DNA of 64,000 bases from Myxococcales bacterium. Its GTDB lineage: Bacteria > Myxococcota_A > Polyangia > Polyangiales > DASUME01. The notes below the pieces were generated by a model. It did not search any database. It saw only the letters and a program-made list of their open reading frames with translations, and was not told where the DNA came from. Each line of letters starts with the position of its first letter. Positions within the stretch are counted from its first letter, which is position 1. Where the stretch lies: the NCBI GenBank assembly GCA_047601445.1, contig JASGJH010000001.1, positions 6,080,001-6,144,000 of the forward strand. Direction: 5' to 3'. Of the stretch, positions 29,465 to 43,658 are shown one piece after another. The position numbers and the translations under genes were made by a program.

Positions 29465-32050
29465 CTACAGCGCTACATCCTTCGCCGCGTCCGCATACTC
29501 CTCAATCTGATCAAAGTTCATATAGCGGTACACCTTGGCGGCATCCTTGTTGATGATGCCCATGTCGGCGTGATACTCGGCCACGGTCGGGATACGCCCG
29601 AGCTTCGAACAGATCGCGGCTAGCTCCGCCGATCCCAGGAACACATTGGTGTTCTTGCCCAGGCGGTTCGGGAAGTTGCGCGTGCTGGTGGACATGCACG
29701 TGCTGCCTTCCTTGATCTGCGCCTGGTTGCCCATGCACAGCGAACAGCCCGGCATCTCCATGCGTGCGCCGGCGCCGCCGAGTGTGGCGTAGTGGCCTTC
29801 CTTGGTGAGCTCGCTGGCGTCCATCTTGGTGGGCGGTGCGACCCACAGCCGAGTCGGGATGTCCTTCTTGCCTTCGAGCAGCTTTCCGGCCGCGCGGAAG
29901 TGCCCGATGTTCGTCATGCACGAGCCGATGAACACCTCGTCGATCTTGGTGCCGCTCACCTCGCTCATGAACTTGCAGTCGTCCGGATCGTTCGGGCAGG
30001 CAACGATGGGCTCGTTGATCTCCGCCAGATCGATGTCGATGACCGCCGCGTACTCGGCGTCGGCGTCGGGCTCGAGCAGCTCGGGCTTCTCGAGCCACGC
30101 CTGCACCGCACGGATGCGGCGCTCCAGCGTGCGCCGATCCTGGTAGCCGTTGGCGATCATGTTCTTCATGAGCACCACGTTCGAGTTGAGATACTCGACG
30201 ATGGGCTCCTTGTTGAGCAGCACGGTGCAGCCCGCCGCCGAGCGCTCTGCCGAGGCGTCGCTGAGCTCGAAGGCCTGCTCCACCTTGAGGTCCGGCAAGC
30301 CCTCGATCTCCAGGATGCGCCCGGAGAAGATGTTCTTCTTGCCCTGCTTGGCCACCGTCAGCAGCCCCTGCTTGATGGCGAACAGCGGGATTGCGTGCAC
30401 CAGGTCGCGCAAGGTGATGCCCGGCTGCATCTTGCCCTTGAAGCGCACCAACACGGACTCCGGCATGTCGAGCGGCATCACGCCGGTGGCCGCGCCGAAC
30501 GCGACCAGGCCCGAGCCCGCCGGGAAACTGATGCCGATGGGGAAGCGCGTGTGGCTGTCGCCGCCCGTGCCCACGGTGTCGGGCAAGAGCAAGCGGTTGA
30601 GCCAGCTGTGAATGACGCCATCACCCGGGCGCAGCGAGACGCCGCCGCGGCTCGAGATGAACTGGGGCAGTTCGCGATGGGTCTTCACGTCGACGGGCTT
30701 GGGATACGCCGCCGTGTGGCAGAAGGACTGCATCACCAGATCGGCCGAGAAGCCGAGGCAGGCGAGGTCCTTGAGCTCATCGCGCGTCATCGGGCCCGTG
30801 GTGTCCTGGCTGCCCACCGTGGTCATCTTGGGCTCGCAATAGGTGCCCGGTCGGATGCCCTGACCCTCGGGTACGCCGCAGGCGCGACCCACCATCTTTT
30901 GCGCCAACGTGAAGCCTGCGTTCGAGGCCTTGGGCGACTCGGGCAAGCGGAACGCGGTGGACGCGGGCAGCTTGAGCGTCTCGCGCGCCTTGCCCGTGAG
31001 CGAGCGACCGATGATCAAGTTGATGCGGCCGCCGGCGCGCACCTCGTCGAACAGCACGGGGCTCTTGAGCGCGAACTGGGCGATGACCTTGCCGCCCTTC
31101 TCGATCTTGCCCTCGTAGGGATAGATATCGACTACGTCGCCCATCTCCATGCCCGAGACGTCGACCTCGATGGGCAGGGCGCCCGAGTCTTCCTGGGTGT
31201 TGAAGAAGATGGGAGCGATTTTGCCGCCGAGGGTCACGCCGCCGAAGCGCTTGTTGGGCACGTACGGGATGTCTTCGCCGGTGGCCCAGATGACGCTGTT
31301 GGTGGCGGACTTGCGCGAGGAGCCGGTGCCGACCACGTCGCCCACGTAGGCCACGAGGTTGCCCTTCTTCTTGAGATCCTCGATGAACTGGATGGGGCCG
31401 CGCTTTCCGTCCTCTTCGGGCGTGATGCCCGGGCGCGTGTTCTTGAGCATCGCCAGGTAGTGCAGGGGGATGTCCGGGCGGCTCCAGGCGTCGGGGGCGG
31501 GCGAGAGATCGTCGGTGTTGGTCTCGCCGCTGACCTTGAACACGGTGACGGTGATCTTCTCGGGGACTGCGGGGCGGTTCGTGAACCACTCGGCTTCGGC
31601 CCAGCTGCGCATCACGTCCTGGGCGAAGGTATTGCCGGCCTTGGCCTTCTCCGAAACGTCATGGAAATAGTCGAACATCAGCAGCGTGCTCTTCAGCGCC
31701 GTGGCCGCGACATTTGCAACCTCCTGGTCGTCCAGCAGGTCGATCAAAGGTTTCACGTTGTAGCCGCCCACCATGGTGCCCAGCAGCTCGGTGGCCTTGG
31801 CGCGCGAGATGAGCCCAACCTTGAGGTCGCCGCGGGCGACCGACGCGAGGAACGACGCTTTGACCTTGGCTGCGTCATCGACTCCCGGGGGCACACGATA
31901 GGTAAGCAACTCCACCAAAAACGCCTCTTCCCCGGCCGGTGGGGTCTTGATGAGCTCGACCAGGGCTCCGACCTGCTTGGCATCGAGTGCGAGCGGAGGA
32001 ATGCCGAGCGCGGCGCGCTCTGCGACGTGTTGGCGGTAGGCTTCAAGCAT
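29465..32050 (-). CDS. acnB: Aconitate hydratase 2
   Basis: [14 protein letters not shown] start; [44 protein letters not shown]. Confidence 0.97.
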   Translation of the reverse strand: MLEAYRQHVAERAALGIPPLALDAKQVGALVELIKTPPAGEEAFLVELLTYRVPPGVDDAAKVKASFLASVARGDLKVGLISRAKATELLGTMVGGYNVKPLIDLLDDQEVANVAATALKSTLLMFDYFHDVSEKAKAGNTFAQDVMRSWAEAEWFTNRPAVPEKITVTVFKVSGETNTDDLSPAPDAWSRPDIPLHYLAMLKNTRPGITPEEDGKRGPIQFIEDLKKKGNLVAYVGDVVGTGSSRKSATNSVIWATGEDIPYVPNKRFGGVTLGGKIAPIFFNTQEDSGALPIEVDVSGMEMGDVVDIYPYEGKIEKGGKVIAQFALKSPVLFDEVRAGGRINLIIGRSLTGKARETLKLPASTAFRLPESPKASNAGFTLAQKMVGRACGVPEGQGIRPGTYCEPKMTTVGSQDTTGPMTRDELKDLACLGFSADLVMQSFCHTAAYPKPVDVKTHRELPQFISSRGGVSLRPGDGVIHSWLNRLLLPDTVGTGGDSHTRFPIGISFPAGSGLVAFGAATGVMPLDMPESVLVRFKGKMQPGITLRDLVHAIPLFAIKQGLLTVAKQGKKNIFSGRILEIEGLPDLKVEQAFELSDASAERSAAGCTVLLNKEPIVEYLNSNVVLMKNMIANGYQDRRTLERRIRAVQAWLEKPELLEPDADAEYAAVIDIDLAEINEPIVACPNDPDDCKFMSEVSGTKIDEVFIGSCMTNIGHFRAAGKLLEGKKDIPTRLWVAPPTKMDASELTKEGHYATLGGAGARMEMPGCSLCMGNQAQIKEGSTCMSTSTRNFPNRLGKNTNVFLGSAELAAICSKLGRIPTVAEYHADMGIINKDAAKVYRYMNFDQIEEYADAAKDVAL

Positions 32051-32616
32051 GCTGCTGCTCTCCTTACGGACGTGACGACCATGTTGGGCTCGGTCGCCCT
32101 CTCCGAGGGCGGCGCTAGAACCACGAACGACTCGATTCCACATAGCATTTTTCTGCGCCTTTGCGGCCCCCAAGCGCGGACGGAGCGCGGCCTGCGGCGC
32201 CGCAGGACTGTTTCGAGTCAGCATCAGCCAGAGCCGGGTCGGCTCGCACCCAGCTCGGTGTCCGACCAACTCCGACCTCGCGTGCCCGATGCGAGGGAAG
32301 TTGCAGGTTCGCTCACCGAGCGCTGCTCGAGACACGGGCTCACCACCATCACCCCAAGTACTCCGGGAGAGTTCTGTGCACGCACCGAGTGGAAGAAATG
32401 CCCATGGAGCGCCCGGACCCTGGCTGACAAGCTGCGTTGACGCGCGCTGTTTGTCCCCGTTTTTGTGGGATGAGTCCGCGTGAATGCAACGGGCAGCACA
32501 GGCTCGACGAGCGCGGAGAATGGCTTGCTCCAATCGCGCAACACCGGCTAAGAACGTAGACCCAGGAGCTACGTTGATAGCTGGAACACGTGGCCCGAGG
32601 CGCACTGTTATCGTCC

Positions 32617-32644
32617 GTTCGCGCACCCGAGGGTGCGCTTCGAC
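32617..32644 (+). repeat. REP-like palindrome (family also at 24910 and 57121)
   Basis: GTTCGCGCACCCGAGGGTGCGCTTCGAC. Confidence 0.7.
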
Positions 32645-32667
32645 TTCTCCCTCAGGATCCGCGTAAC

Positions 32668-34245
32668 GTGAAGTTGTCCGATCGCCCTTGGTCCCCACCA
32701 GAGACCGGCCAGGGATGTCCTACCCAGACCCTGGAGAGCGTTCCCGGCACGCGGCCGAGCGGCGACTATCGCCCTCCGGCCGACAGCTTGCGCGATTTAC
32801 CGGCCCAGGCGCCGCAAACACTCGACTCTCTTTGCGCTCAGGTGGAGCGCGAAGAACACGCCGGCAACGTGCTGCGCATGCGCCAAGCCGCGGCCATCGG
32901 CGCCTGGTTGTGGCCGTGCTTCTTCGCTACCGACTGGCTGATGGCCAGCTTCGTGACCCCCACGAGCTGGGTGTCGTATGCGGGGCTCCGGCTGGCTGGC
33001 TGGATCGGCGTGATCGCGGGCTACCTTGTGCTCAAGTTGCCGCCGCATCCCAGCAAGGCCCTGGTGCTCGCGAGCGAACTCATGGTCTACGGCACCACCG
33101 CCGCCGCCGTGTCGTTCATGTGCCTGCTCCAAAGTGGGCTCGACTCTCCCTACGCGGCCGGCATCCCCGTGATCTTCACGGTGCGCGCCGCCTTCTTGGC
33201 AGTGCCCTGGCGCCGCGCGCTGCCCTCCACCGTGGTCTGTGCGCTGACCTACCCGCTCGTGATGTTGGGCGCTGCCGTGGTGCGCGGTGACCTCGTGGCG
33301 ACGCTCTCGGACAAGAGTGAGCTGGCCGTCTTCTTGCTGTACAACGCCCTGATCTGGACCACCATGTTCGCCACCCTCGTGGGCGGCAACGCCACCTGGG
33401 CCCTGCGGCGTCAGGCCTTCGAGGCGCGCAGCGTGGGGCGCTACCGGCTCGTGCGCCAGATCGCGCGTGGCGGCATGGGAGAGGTGTGGATCGCCCATCA
33501 CATCACGCTGCGACGCAACGTGGCGCTCAAGCTACTGCGCTCCGATCGTCTCTCCGACGTGGCGCTCAAGCGCTTCGAGCGCGAGGTGCAGGCGACCTGC
33601 GAGCTCACGCATCCGAACACCGTGCGCGTGTTCGATTACGGGGCCACCGACGACGGTCTCTGGTACTACGCCATGGAGTTGCTCGAGGGGCTGGACTTGG
33701 CGAGCAGCGTGCAGCGCGACGGACCGATGGCCGAGAAGCGTGCTCTGCAGCTCATGCTGCAGGTCTCGGGTGCCCTGGCCGAAGCCCACGCCCGCAACAT
33801 CGTGCACCGCGACATCAAGCCCGAGAACATCTTCCTGTGCCAGACGGGTGGCAATCAGGAATTCGCCAAGGTGCTCGACTTCGGTATCGCCAAGCGCAGC
33901 GACGGCGATCAGCCCATCACGCACTCCGATCGGTTGCTCGGCACGCTGGCCTATTTGTCGCCGGAGATCGCGCTGGGCGGGCAAGCCGACGCGCGCACGG
34001 ATGTGTATGGGTTGGGCGGCGTGCTCTACTACGCGTTGGTGGGCGGGGCGCCCTTCGACGGGGTACCTGCCTCGCAGTTGGTGGCCGCGCACATCTCCCA
34101 AACGCCGGCCCTGCCGAGCGTGCGTCTCCAGCGCGGCATCGACCCGCGCCTCGAGGAGATCGTGATGCGCTGCCTCGAGAAGAAGCCGACCGAGCGTTTC
34201 GCCCACTCAGGGGAGCTCTACGCGGCCCTGGCCAACCTCACCTGA
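32668..34245 (+). CDS. Ser/Thr protein kinase with N-terminal multi-TM sensor region
   Basis: About 6 TM helices, then [24 protein letters not shown]; start uncertain. Confidence 0.9.
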   Translation: MKLSDRPWSPPETGQGCPTQTLESVPGTRPSGDYRPPADSLRDLPAQAPQTLDSLCAQVEREEHAGNVLRMRQAAAIGAWLWPCFFATDWLMASFVTPTSWVSYAGLRLAGWIGVIAGYLVLKLPPHPSKALVLASELMVYGTTAAAVSFMCLLQSGLDSPYAAGIPVIFTVRAAFLAVPWRRALPSTVVCALTYPLVMLGAAVVRGDLVATLSDKSELAVFLLYNALIWTTMFATLVGGNATWALRRQAFEARSVGRYRLVRQIARGGMGEVWIAHHITLRRNVALKLLRSDRLSDVALKRFEREVQATCELTHPNTVRVFDYGATDDGLWYYAMELLEGLDLASSVQRDGPMAEKRALQLMLQVSGALAEAHARNIVHRDIKPENIFLCQTGGNQEFAKVLDFGIAKRSDGDQPITHSDRLLGTLAYLSPEIALGGQADARTDVYGLGGVLYYALVGGAPFDGVPASQLVAAHISQTPALPSVRLQRGIDPRLEEIVMRCLEKKPTERFAHSGELYAALANLT

Positions 34246-34275
34246 GGCGCAGTTCGAGCAGCGCGGAGGGCTCGC

Positions 34276-35028
34276 TCACGGGAGCGCTGCCACGAAGCGC
34301 ACGCGGACGTAGTCGAGGGTCCAGTTGCCGTCCGCGTCCTTCAACCTGGGCGCTACCCGGGCCCGTACGTCGTCGAGGTACGCGGCACGCTCCTTCACGG
34401 GCAAGGCATCCGTGAAGTGCTGACCGAAGGTGGCGATCCAGGCCGCGACATCGCCAGGCAGCGGGGTCGGACGCGGGAAGCACACCACCTGCTGCACGCG
34501 AAAGCCAGCCGCGGTCAGCAATGCGCCGTACTCGGCGTCGCTCCGGAAGTGCCACGGCACGCGGGCCTCTCCGTTCACGCCGCGCCGATCGAGCTCCTCC
34601 ACCAGAGCGCTTCGCAGGATCTGTACGTTGCCCGCACCGCCACACTCGGCGACGAAGCGCCCACCCGGGCGCAGTGCCCGCGCCACACCCGCGAACACGG
34701 CTTCGATCTGCGGCATCCAGTGCAGCGCGGCGTTGCTGAACACCGCGTCGAACTCCGCCACGAAGGGCAGGGCCTGCGCGTCCATCACGCGTGCGTCCAC
34801 GCCGCGTGCCTGGGCCGCTGCGATCAGCTCGGGACTCGCATCCACGCCGACCACCTCCACGCCCTGGCTCGCCAGCTCGAGCGCCAAGCTGCCCTCCCCA
34901 CAGGCGAGGTCCAGCACGCGCTCACCCGCCTTCGCCTCGAGCAGCTCCAGCAGCGACATGCCGAACCGCGATACGAAGCTGGCATTGGTGACGTAGCGTT
35001 CGGCGTTCCAGGTTTGCTTGTAAGTCAA
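34276..35028 (-). CDS. Class I SAM-dependent methyltransferase (Tam-like)
   Basis: VLDLACGEG, FDAVFSNAALHW, LRPGGRF, DYVR. Confidence 0.9.
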   Translation of the reverse strand: MTYKQTWNAERYVTNASFVSRFGMSLLELLEAKAGERVLDLACGEGSLALELASQGVEVVGVDASPELIAAAQARGVDARVMDAQALPFVAEFDAVFSNAALHWMPQIEAVFAGVARALRPGGRFVAECGGAGNVQILRSALVEELDRRGVNGEARVPWHFRSDAEYGALLTAAGFRVQQVVCFPRPTPLPGDVAAWIATFGQHFTDALPVKERAAYLDDVRARVAPRLKDADGNWTLDYVRVRFVAALP

Positions 35029-35063
35029 AGGGCACCGTCCTCTCTCGAGTACGGTGCCCCTTT
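35027..35063. terminator. Stem-loop between the esterase and methyltransferase genes
   Basis: AAAGGGCACCGT...ACGGTGCCCCTTT. Confidence 0.5.
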
Positions 35064-35117
35064 CTAAGCTATCGATCCAATGAAACGTTTTCGCCGTTTC
35101 TATTCACGGCGAGAATA

Positions 35118-36533
35118 TCACGGTGCGGGCGCGAACAGGTGCCCCTGCTCGTTGGCCTCGTCCGCGAGGAGCTTGGAGATCCACTCGGCGATGGTCAGGT
35201 CGTTGGTGTTCTTATCGTAGAACTCCGAGCGCCACAGGTGCATGTGCTTGCCGCCCTCGAGCGTGTAGAAGCCGACGGTGCCGCGCTTCACCACGTTGGT
35301 GAGCACGTCCTGTAGACCCTTCGTGAACTTGTCGACCGAGTATGCACCGCCGTTGGCGATGGCCTGCTCCACCGTGTTGGACATGGGGTCCACCGTGCAG
35401 TTGTTCTCGCCCGGAGCGTAGAAGGCGCGGATGATCTCGTCGCCCACGCTGGAGATCATGCCGCCCAGCATGCGTCCCTTGTACTTCTCGTGGAACAGGT
35501 ACTTGCCGTAGCCCGTGACGATGCCACCGCCATCGGCCTGGAAGCAGTCCGCGCAGTCCTTGGGCAGGATGGCGTCGAGACCCCAGGTTTCGCGCCAGCG
35601 CTTCTGCAGGCATGCCGCCATGAAGTCGTCCTGGAACGGCACGCCGGAGTCGCTGATGGCGTAGACCTTGGCGTTGCCGCGCTTCTTGAACCACTCGATG
35701 GTGTAGTCGGCGTTGAACAGGGTGCCGAAGCCGCCCGCGCTGGAGCCGGTGAGCAACACCTTGTCGGAGTTCTTGAAGGTGGGGCCGAAGCTGTCGAGGA
35801 ACTTCTCGTAGTTGAGGCGGCCGGTGAACTGCTGGGGGCCGTCGATGCCCTCGATCATCACGTCCTTGCGCGTGCCCGCGTGGATGTCACCCGTGCAGTA
35901 GGGGACGTAGATCATGCTCCACTTGGCGGCCGGATTGCTCGCGTCGGCGCGCTTGAAGATGCCCTCCTCGGGAGCCTTCTGCTTGCCGCGCAACGACAGG
36001 TTCTCCGCGCCGTTGATGCCCACCAGCAATTCCGGCAAGCCGTGGATCAGCGACTCGATGGGGAAGTCGTAGTTCACGTTGGTGGGGTTCAAGTTGCAGA
36101 AGAACTTGTCCGCGCAGGCGCCGCCACCGTTGAGGTAGATCAGCAGGCTGTTCTCGGTACCCTTGCGATAGAAGTAGCCGGCGGGCGAGCCATCGCGGCA
36201 AGTGGTGTTCGCCATCGAGACCCAGTTCCAGTCGTTGTCGTCGGGCATGCCCTTGGGCAGCTCGCCGTTGCCCGTGTCGCCATCGCCGTCGCCCGTGCCG
36301 CCATCGCCGTCGCCGTCACCCGTGTCACCGTCGCCGGAGTCGCCGTCGCCGGAGTCGCCATCGCCGGAGTCGCCATCGCCGGAGTCGCCATCGCCGGAGT
36401 CGCCATCGCCGTCCCCGTCCCCTGGGGTGGAGGGATTGCCCTCGCTGCGGGTAGTCGTGCTGTCGCCACAGGCAGCGAGGCCGGATGTAAGCGTCGAAAG
36501 CCCAATTAACCAAGCCAATGCACGCGAGTTCAT
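35118..36533 (-). CDS. Pectinacetylesterase-family lipoprotein with GD-repeat linker
   Basis: LAAC; C.DGSP.GY, YLNGGGAC, VPYCTGD, GSSAGG, DSG. Confidence 0.85.
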   Translation of the reverse strand: MNSRALAWLIGLSTLTSGLAACGDSTTTRSEGNPSTPGDGDGDGDSGDGDSGDGDSGDGDSGDGDSGDGDTGDGDGDGGTGDGDGDTGNGELPKGMPDDNDWNWVSMANTTCRDGSPAGYFYRKGTENSLLIYLNGGGACADKFFCNLNPTNVNYDFPIESLIHGLPELLVGINGAENLSLRGKQKAPEEGIFKRADASNPAAKWSMIYVPYCTGDIHAGTRKDVMIEGIDGPQQFTGRLNYEKFLDSFGPTFKNSDKVLLTGSSAGGFGTLFNADYTIEWFKKRGNAKVYAISDSGVPFQDDFMAACLQKRWRETWGLDAILPKDCADCFQADGGGIVTGYGKYLFHEKYKGRMLGGMISSVGDEIIRAFYAPGENNCTVDPMSNTVEQAIANGGAYSVDKFTKGLQDVLTNVVKRGTVGFYTLEGGKHMHLWRSEFYDKNTNDLTIAEWISKLLADEANEQGHLFAPAP

Positions 36534-36747
36534 GCAGAACCTCAAGGTAAGAAGGGCACTCAAGTCATGTGCCCGCACAGACCACACCAGTAACCGGAGC
36601 GACCACATTGGATCCAGCGCAATGCGCTTAATGTCAGGCACATGGCATCTGTGGTCACCCATATTCCAAAATCACCACCACGATGCGGTTTCGGTGAATT
36701 CCGAACGTGAGCAAGCTCGCACCACCGCCTGCTAGGAAACCGAGGTC

Positions 36748-37401
36748 ATGATCCGCTTCGAGCTCGACCACCCGACACTGAGACTCGGCGTCGTCCGCGC
36801 CGACATCCTTCGAGTAGGGCCGTCCGATGAACGCCTCCTCTCCGCCATGACGGCCGCCGAGGCAGCGCTCCGCGTAAACCCGGCTGGCTTCTCCGAACCT
36901 ACCCGCGCAGCCATTCGGGACGTTCTCCGGCGCGGTGGCTACAAGCCGACCGGACGAGGCAAGCCGGCCTCGGAGTTCTTGTTCGGCGCCGCGACCAGCG
37001 AAGCGGGCATGCCGCGCGTGAACAACCTGGTGGACATCAACAACCTGGCGTCGTTGGAGAGCGCCCACCCGATCTCCATCTTCGACGCGGCTCTATTGGG
37101 AGACGACATCACGCTGCGCTTCGGAGGCGAAGGCGAAAGCTACGTCTTCAATGCGTCGGGCCAGACCATGGATGTGAAGGGACTCCCGGTGATCTGCCGT
37201 GGCGCCGCGCGCGAACCCGTGGGCAATGCCGTGAAGGACTCGATGCTGTGCAAGGTGCATCCGGGCACGCGAAGAGTGCTCGTGGCGGCGTACGGCACGC
37301 GCGCGCTGCCGGAGCGAGCGCTAGAGCTGGTGTGCGAGCGACTCGGGGAGCTGCTGGAGGCTCATGCGGGAGGCACGCTCATCGAACACGCGGTGCTCTA
37401 G
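36748..37401 (+). CDS. B3/4-domain (PheT editing-like) protein
   Basis: GYKPTGRGKPASE, NNLVDINN..S....PIS.FD. Confidence 0.85.
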   Translation: MIRFELDHPTLRLGVVRADILRVGPSDERLLSAMTAAEAALRVNPAGFSEPTRAAIRDVLRRGGYKPTGRGKPASEFLFGAATSEAGMPRVNNLVDINNLASLESAHPISIFDAALLGDDITLRFGGEGESYVFNASGQTMDVKGLPVICRGAAREPVGNAVKDSMLCKVHPGTRRVLVAAYGTRALPERALELVCERLGELLEAHAGGTLIEHAVL

Positions 37402-37410
37402 CTGGCACCC

Positions 37411-37662
37411 GTGGCCTCTGGCAGGAGCGGGGCGGCGGGCCGTCTGGCGGCCGAGAGTCGCGCCATGAGGCGAGCGCCACGCCGTGGGGTCGGCCATGGA
37501 GTCGCTTCGAGTCTTGGTGCGCAAGGCGCGCAGGAAGCGCGCAGGCTCAGTCTCCGTCGGATCGTTCGCTGACAGCGTCCACCGGTCGAGCTGCGCTTCT
37601 GATCGAGGCGCGCCAAGACTCGGCGCCAGACGGCCCGCCGCCCTGCTCCTGCCAGAGGCCAC
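37411..37662 (+). repeat. Long structured repeat unit, copy 1
   Basis: 39-bp terminal IR (37411-37449/37624-37662, one G.T) around conserved core. Confidence 0.9.
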
Positions 37663-37761
37663 TGCGTCCACACGAAGGCTCGGGGTGCTCGAGTGATCGT
37701 TGGTCCAAGTGCGCTCGAATGGACTCGTGCACCCAATGAGATCGCACGGACGTCGAGCGAT

Positions 37762-37851
37762 CAGATGAGGACATCGAGCTCACTAGAGAACAGATGAGGA
37801 CATCGAGCTCACTAGAGAGACCACACGAGGAGGCTCGAGCTTACTAGAGAA
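37762..37851. repeat. About three tandem 29-30-bp repeats in the spacer
   Basis: CAGATGAGGACATCGAGCTCACTAGAGA x2 plus a degenerate third copy. Confidence 0.85.
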
Positions 37852-37859
37852 CACACGGG

Positions 37860-38100
37860 GCCCCTGGTAGCGTCGTGCGGGCGGGTTCCCTCTGGCGCCG
37901 AGTCTTGGCGCGCCTCGACTCGATGCGAAGCGAGACCGGTGGACCCGGTCAGCGAACGGAGCGACGGAGACTGAGCCTGCGCGCCTTGCGCACCACGACT
38001 AGAAGCGATCTATGAACCGACGCCCATGGCGTGGCGCCTGATCCATGGCGCGACTCTCGGCCAGCCAGAGGGAACCCGCCCGCACGACGCTACCAGGGGC
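37860..38100 (-). repeat. Long structured repeat unit, copy 2 (inverted)
   Basis: Perfect 37-bp terminal IR (37860-37896/38064-38100); core is reverse complement of copy 1 with an 11-nt deletion. Confidence 0.9.
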
Positions 38101-38317
38101 TGCGAGTGTCGTTTACATCGCAGACCGTTTACGTCCCTGATTCCAGGGCGAAAAAGTCGTTGCTCCCAGCTGGCGACGTGCCGCACCATCGTTGATGGCA
38201 CTGAAAGTATGAGCTCGTAGCGGAGAGCCGGGGGGCTCTCGCTCGTAGCGGATGCTGTCGCGGAGACGTGGGATCCGCGCGCTGTGTACCTGCGCGCGCG
38301 ATACCCGAGGGGGCGTA

Positions 38318-39001
38318 ATGAAGTCGTGGATCCTGCGTGGTGCTTGGGCCGCGCTGCTCTCGTTAGGTTCGTGGGCCTGCATCATTGGAAACGAAAAGTG
38401 CGATGCCCATCAAGTCGAGCTGAATAAGGATAGCTACTCCCTCTGCGTCTGCGAACCGAACGCGGTCATCAACGCTAACGGCGTGGGCTGCACGCCGTGC
38501 GGAGCCAACGAAGAAGCCAAGGACGACCAGTGCGTCTGCAAGGATGGCTTCGCGAAGTTGAGCGCCGATGGCGGCTGCGAGCCGAGTGCGATCGGTGGCG
38601 CGTGCAACGTGGCGTCCGACTGCAGCGAGGCCTTCCCGTACTGCACGGGCGAGTCTGGCTACTGCACTGCGCGCGACTGCAGTGCGAACGCGGACTGTCC
38701 CGCTGGCTGGTCGTGTGAAGCCGCGGGCGACGTCAAATACTGCAAAAAAGCCCCTTCTGGCCTCGGTTCTCCCTGCGAGAGCAACGACGACTGTAGTGGC
38801 TTCGAGGCTGCGTACTGCGACCAGGTCCAGAGCCACACCTGCATCCTGCAAGGTTGCGCGGTGGGCGACGCGGTGTGCCCGAGCGAGTGGGGTTGCTGTG
38901 ACTACTCGGCGCTGCTCGGCTCTCCGCTTTCCGTGTGCGTCGGGCCCGACGCATTGAGCGGCGGCAGCTGTCCTTCGGGCGGAAGTTTGGTGACGCCATG
39001 A
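38318..39001 (+). CDS. Cys-rich lipoprotein
   Basis: SWAC lipobox-like; more than 25 Cys in repeated C...DC modules. Confidence 0.8.
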   Translation: MKSWILRGAWAALLSLGSWACIIGNEKCDAHQVELNKDSYSLCVCEPNAVINANGVGCTPCGANEEAKDDQCVCKDGFAKLSADGGCEPSAIGGACNVASDCSEAFPYCTGESGYCTARDCSANADCPAGWSCEAAGDVKYCKKAPSGLGSPCESNDDCSGFEAAYCDQVQSHTCILQGCAVGDAVCPSEWGCCDYSALLGSPLSVCVGPDALSGGSCPSGGSLVTP

Positions 39002-40497
39002 AGAAGCTGCGCACGCTCCTCTTCGTGGTGCTGGGGCTCGCCTTCGTGGGCCCGCTCACCGTGGCACGTGGTCAAGAAGCACGACCTGGTGCGGAATCGG
39101 ATCCGTCGGCGACGAGCGCCCCGACTCCGGCTCCGACCGAGGCGACGTCCGAAAGCACTCCGAATGGTGAGGCCGCCGCCTCCGCGCCGAGTGAACCGGC
39201 GGCGCAGGCCGAGCCAGCCCTGGTGGAGGAGTCCATCGCGGTGCCGGCTTTGCCCGCGAGCGGCGACGCGGCAGGCGCGGCCACCTTGAGCGCTGCCGAG
39301 CTGGAGAGCATGGGTCTCGAGCTCGACAATCGCGGCCTCGACACCAGCATTCGTTTCAGCGGGTTCAGCGACTTCACCACGTACACGCCGATCAAGCCCG
39401 GTGGTGCCGCTAGCGTGGGTTTGCCTCGGCACTCCTCCTTCTATGTGGGCAACCTGAACCTCTATGTGTCCAAGAACCTCAGCGAAGCGTTCCGGACCAT
39501 GGCGGAGGTTCGCTTCACCTTCTTGCCCAATGGCTCGACCCAGGGCGCCGGGCTCGGTTCCGATCCGGTGGACTCCACGGTCCGCGACTACGCGGAGAAC
39601 AACCGCACCATCCGCTACGGCGCCATCATCATGCAGCGCGTCTACCTCGAGTGGACCATGCACCGCCTGATCACGGTGCGCGCCGGTCAGTTCCTCACGC
39701 CCTACGGCATCTGGAACGTGGACCATGGTTCGCCGGCCTATATCCCCACGCAGCGCCCCTACGCCGTCAACAGCAACTACTTCCCCGAGCGCCAAACGGG
39801 TCTCGAGATGTTCGGTCGCTACGACGCCGGCAACTTCAACACCTTCGGCTATCACCTCACGCTCTCGAATGGCGTGGGCTCGATCAGTGAGTACCGCGAC
39901 CTGGACGACAACAAGGCCATCGGTGGTCGGCTGTACTGGGAGAGCCACCGCGTCGGTTACTTCAGGCTCGGCACGTCGGGTTACTACGGACGCGCCACGA
40001 ACTCGCTGGCCAAGGTCAATCTCGGCGGGACCAAGGTCGACGTCAACGAGGTCATCTCCCTCCAGTACGACGCGCTCGCGCTGGCAGCGGACATGCAGTT
40101 CAAGGTCAAGGGCTTCCACCTCCAGGCGGAGTGGGTGAGCCAGCAGCGGCGCTACACCAAGGACGGTCGCACGGTGCACGGCATCGTGCTGGGTCCGGTG
40201 GCGCGTGGCTTCTCGCAGGACTCGTTCTCCTGGGGCGGCTACGGCTTGTTGGCCTACCAGTTCGATTGGTTCGGTCTGACTCCCTTCGTGATGGCTCAAT
40301 ACAACAGCGAGATGTTCATGGATCCGCTGTACGACACGCGCCTGAGGACGGTCGCGCTCCACGGCGGCCTGAATGTGCACCCGATCGACGCGGTCACCCT
40401 CAAGGCCGAGTACCTGCAGGGCACCTTCCCGGGCGCCAACGCGTTCTTTTCGCATCCAATCAGGGCGGTCGAGTTCCAAGCCGCTTGGGCGTTTTGA
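38998..40497 (+). CDS. Outer-membrane beta-barrel (porin O/P-like)
   Basis: Signal peptide; RAGQFLTPYGIWN, D...NKAIGGR; C-terminal AWAF. Confidence 0.8.
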   Translation: MKKLRTLLFVVLGLAFVGPLTVARGQEARPGAESDPSATSAPTPAPTEATSESTPNGEAAASAPSEPAAQAEPALVEESIAVPALPASGDAAGAATLSAAELESMGLELDNRGLDTSIRFSGFSDFTTYTPIKPGGAASVGLPRHSSFYVGNLNLYVSKNLSEAFRTMAEVRFTFLPNGSTQGAGLGSDPVDSTVRDYAENNRTIRYGAIIMQRVYLEWTMHRLITVRAGQFLTPYGIWNVDHGSPAYIPTQRPYAVNSNYFPERQTGLEMFGRYDAGNFNTFGYHLTLSNGVGSISEYRDLDDNKAIGGRLYWESHRVGYFRLGTSGYYGRATNSLAKVNLGGTKVDVNEVISLQYDALALAADMQFKVKGFHLQAEWVSQQRRYTKDGRTVHGIVLGPVARGFSQDSFSWGGYGLLAYQFDWFGLTPFVMAQYNSEMFMDPLYDTRLRTVALHGGLNVHPIDAVTLKAEYLQGTFPGANAFFSHPIRAVEFQAAWAF

Positions 40498-40502
40498 GGA
40501 GC

Positions 40503-40999
40503 ATGAAGATGGGCAAGCTAATGCACATGTTCGCTGTCTTCCTCCTGGGCCTCGCGATGCTCCTGCCGGTGCAGTCTGGTGTTCGGGCCGAGGTCAACCA
40601 GCCGCTCGTGGTGGTGGTCGGCGTGAAGACAAACCTCACCGACATCTCGCTCGCGATGCTGCGCCGCGCTTTCCAGGGCGAGGGCGCCAGCACTTCCGAC
40701 GGCAAGCGTCTGGTGCCGCTCAACCACGCCGTGGGAAGCAGCGAGCGCGCGCTGTTCGACCGCGCGGTACTGGGCCTCGAGCCAAGCGAGGTGGGTCGCT
40801 TTTGGATCAACCGTCGCATCCGTGACGAAGGCGCGCCGCCGCGCACCTTGCCGTCGGCGGACATGGGCGTGCGCGTGGTGGCCTCCTATCCTGGCGCCAT
40901 CACCTACGTGAGCGCCAAGAACGTCAACGCCAACGTCCGCGTGCTGCGGATCGACGGCAAGCTCCCGCAGGACGCGGGCTACCTGCTGACGGGGCGCTG

Positions 41000-41000
<1 letters not shown>
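40503..41000 (+). CDS. Periplasmic PstS-like single-domain protein
   Basis: Signal peptide; LVVVV, IS...[24 protein letters not shown]...GY. Confidence 0.75.

Positions 41001-43647
<2,647 letters not shown>

Positions 43648-43658
<11 letters not shown>

Noticed and set aside
29465..32050. Horizontal origin of acnB or metH
   Set aside because: No compositional or mobility evidence visible; would need phylogeny
29792..32440. 882-aa antisense ORF and similar long shadow ORFs (e.g. 21653-23476, 53018-54883)
   Set aside because: Opposite-strand artefacts of high-GC codon bias over well-supported genes
32051..32698. N-terminal extension of AcnB in the ORF track (similar extensions on DUF692, DUF2063 and others)
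   Set aside because: Homology begins at downstream starts; the extensions are open intergenic or overlapping frames
37520..37550. SRP RNA or tRNA identity for the repeat core
   Set aside because: No CAGG-GNRA-AGCAG helix and no cloverleaf or T-loop; multicopy
37484..37696. Small protein encoded by the long repeat (also 54869-55081)
   Set aside because: Copy 2 has a frame-breaking 11-nt deletion and lacks the ATG; the protein similarity just reflects the DNA repeat
37762..37851. CRISPR mini-array
   Set aside because: Contiguous tandem repeats without spacers
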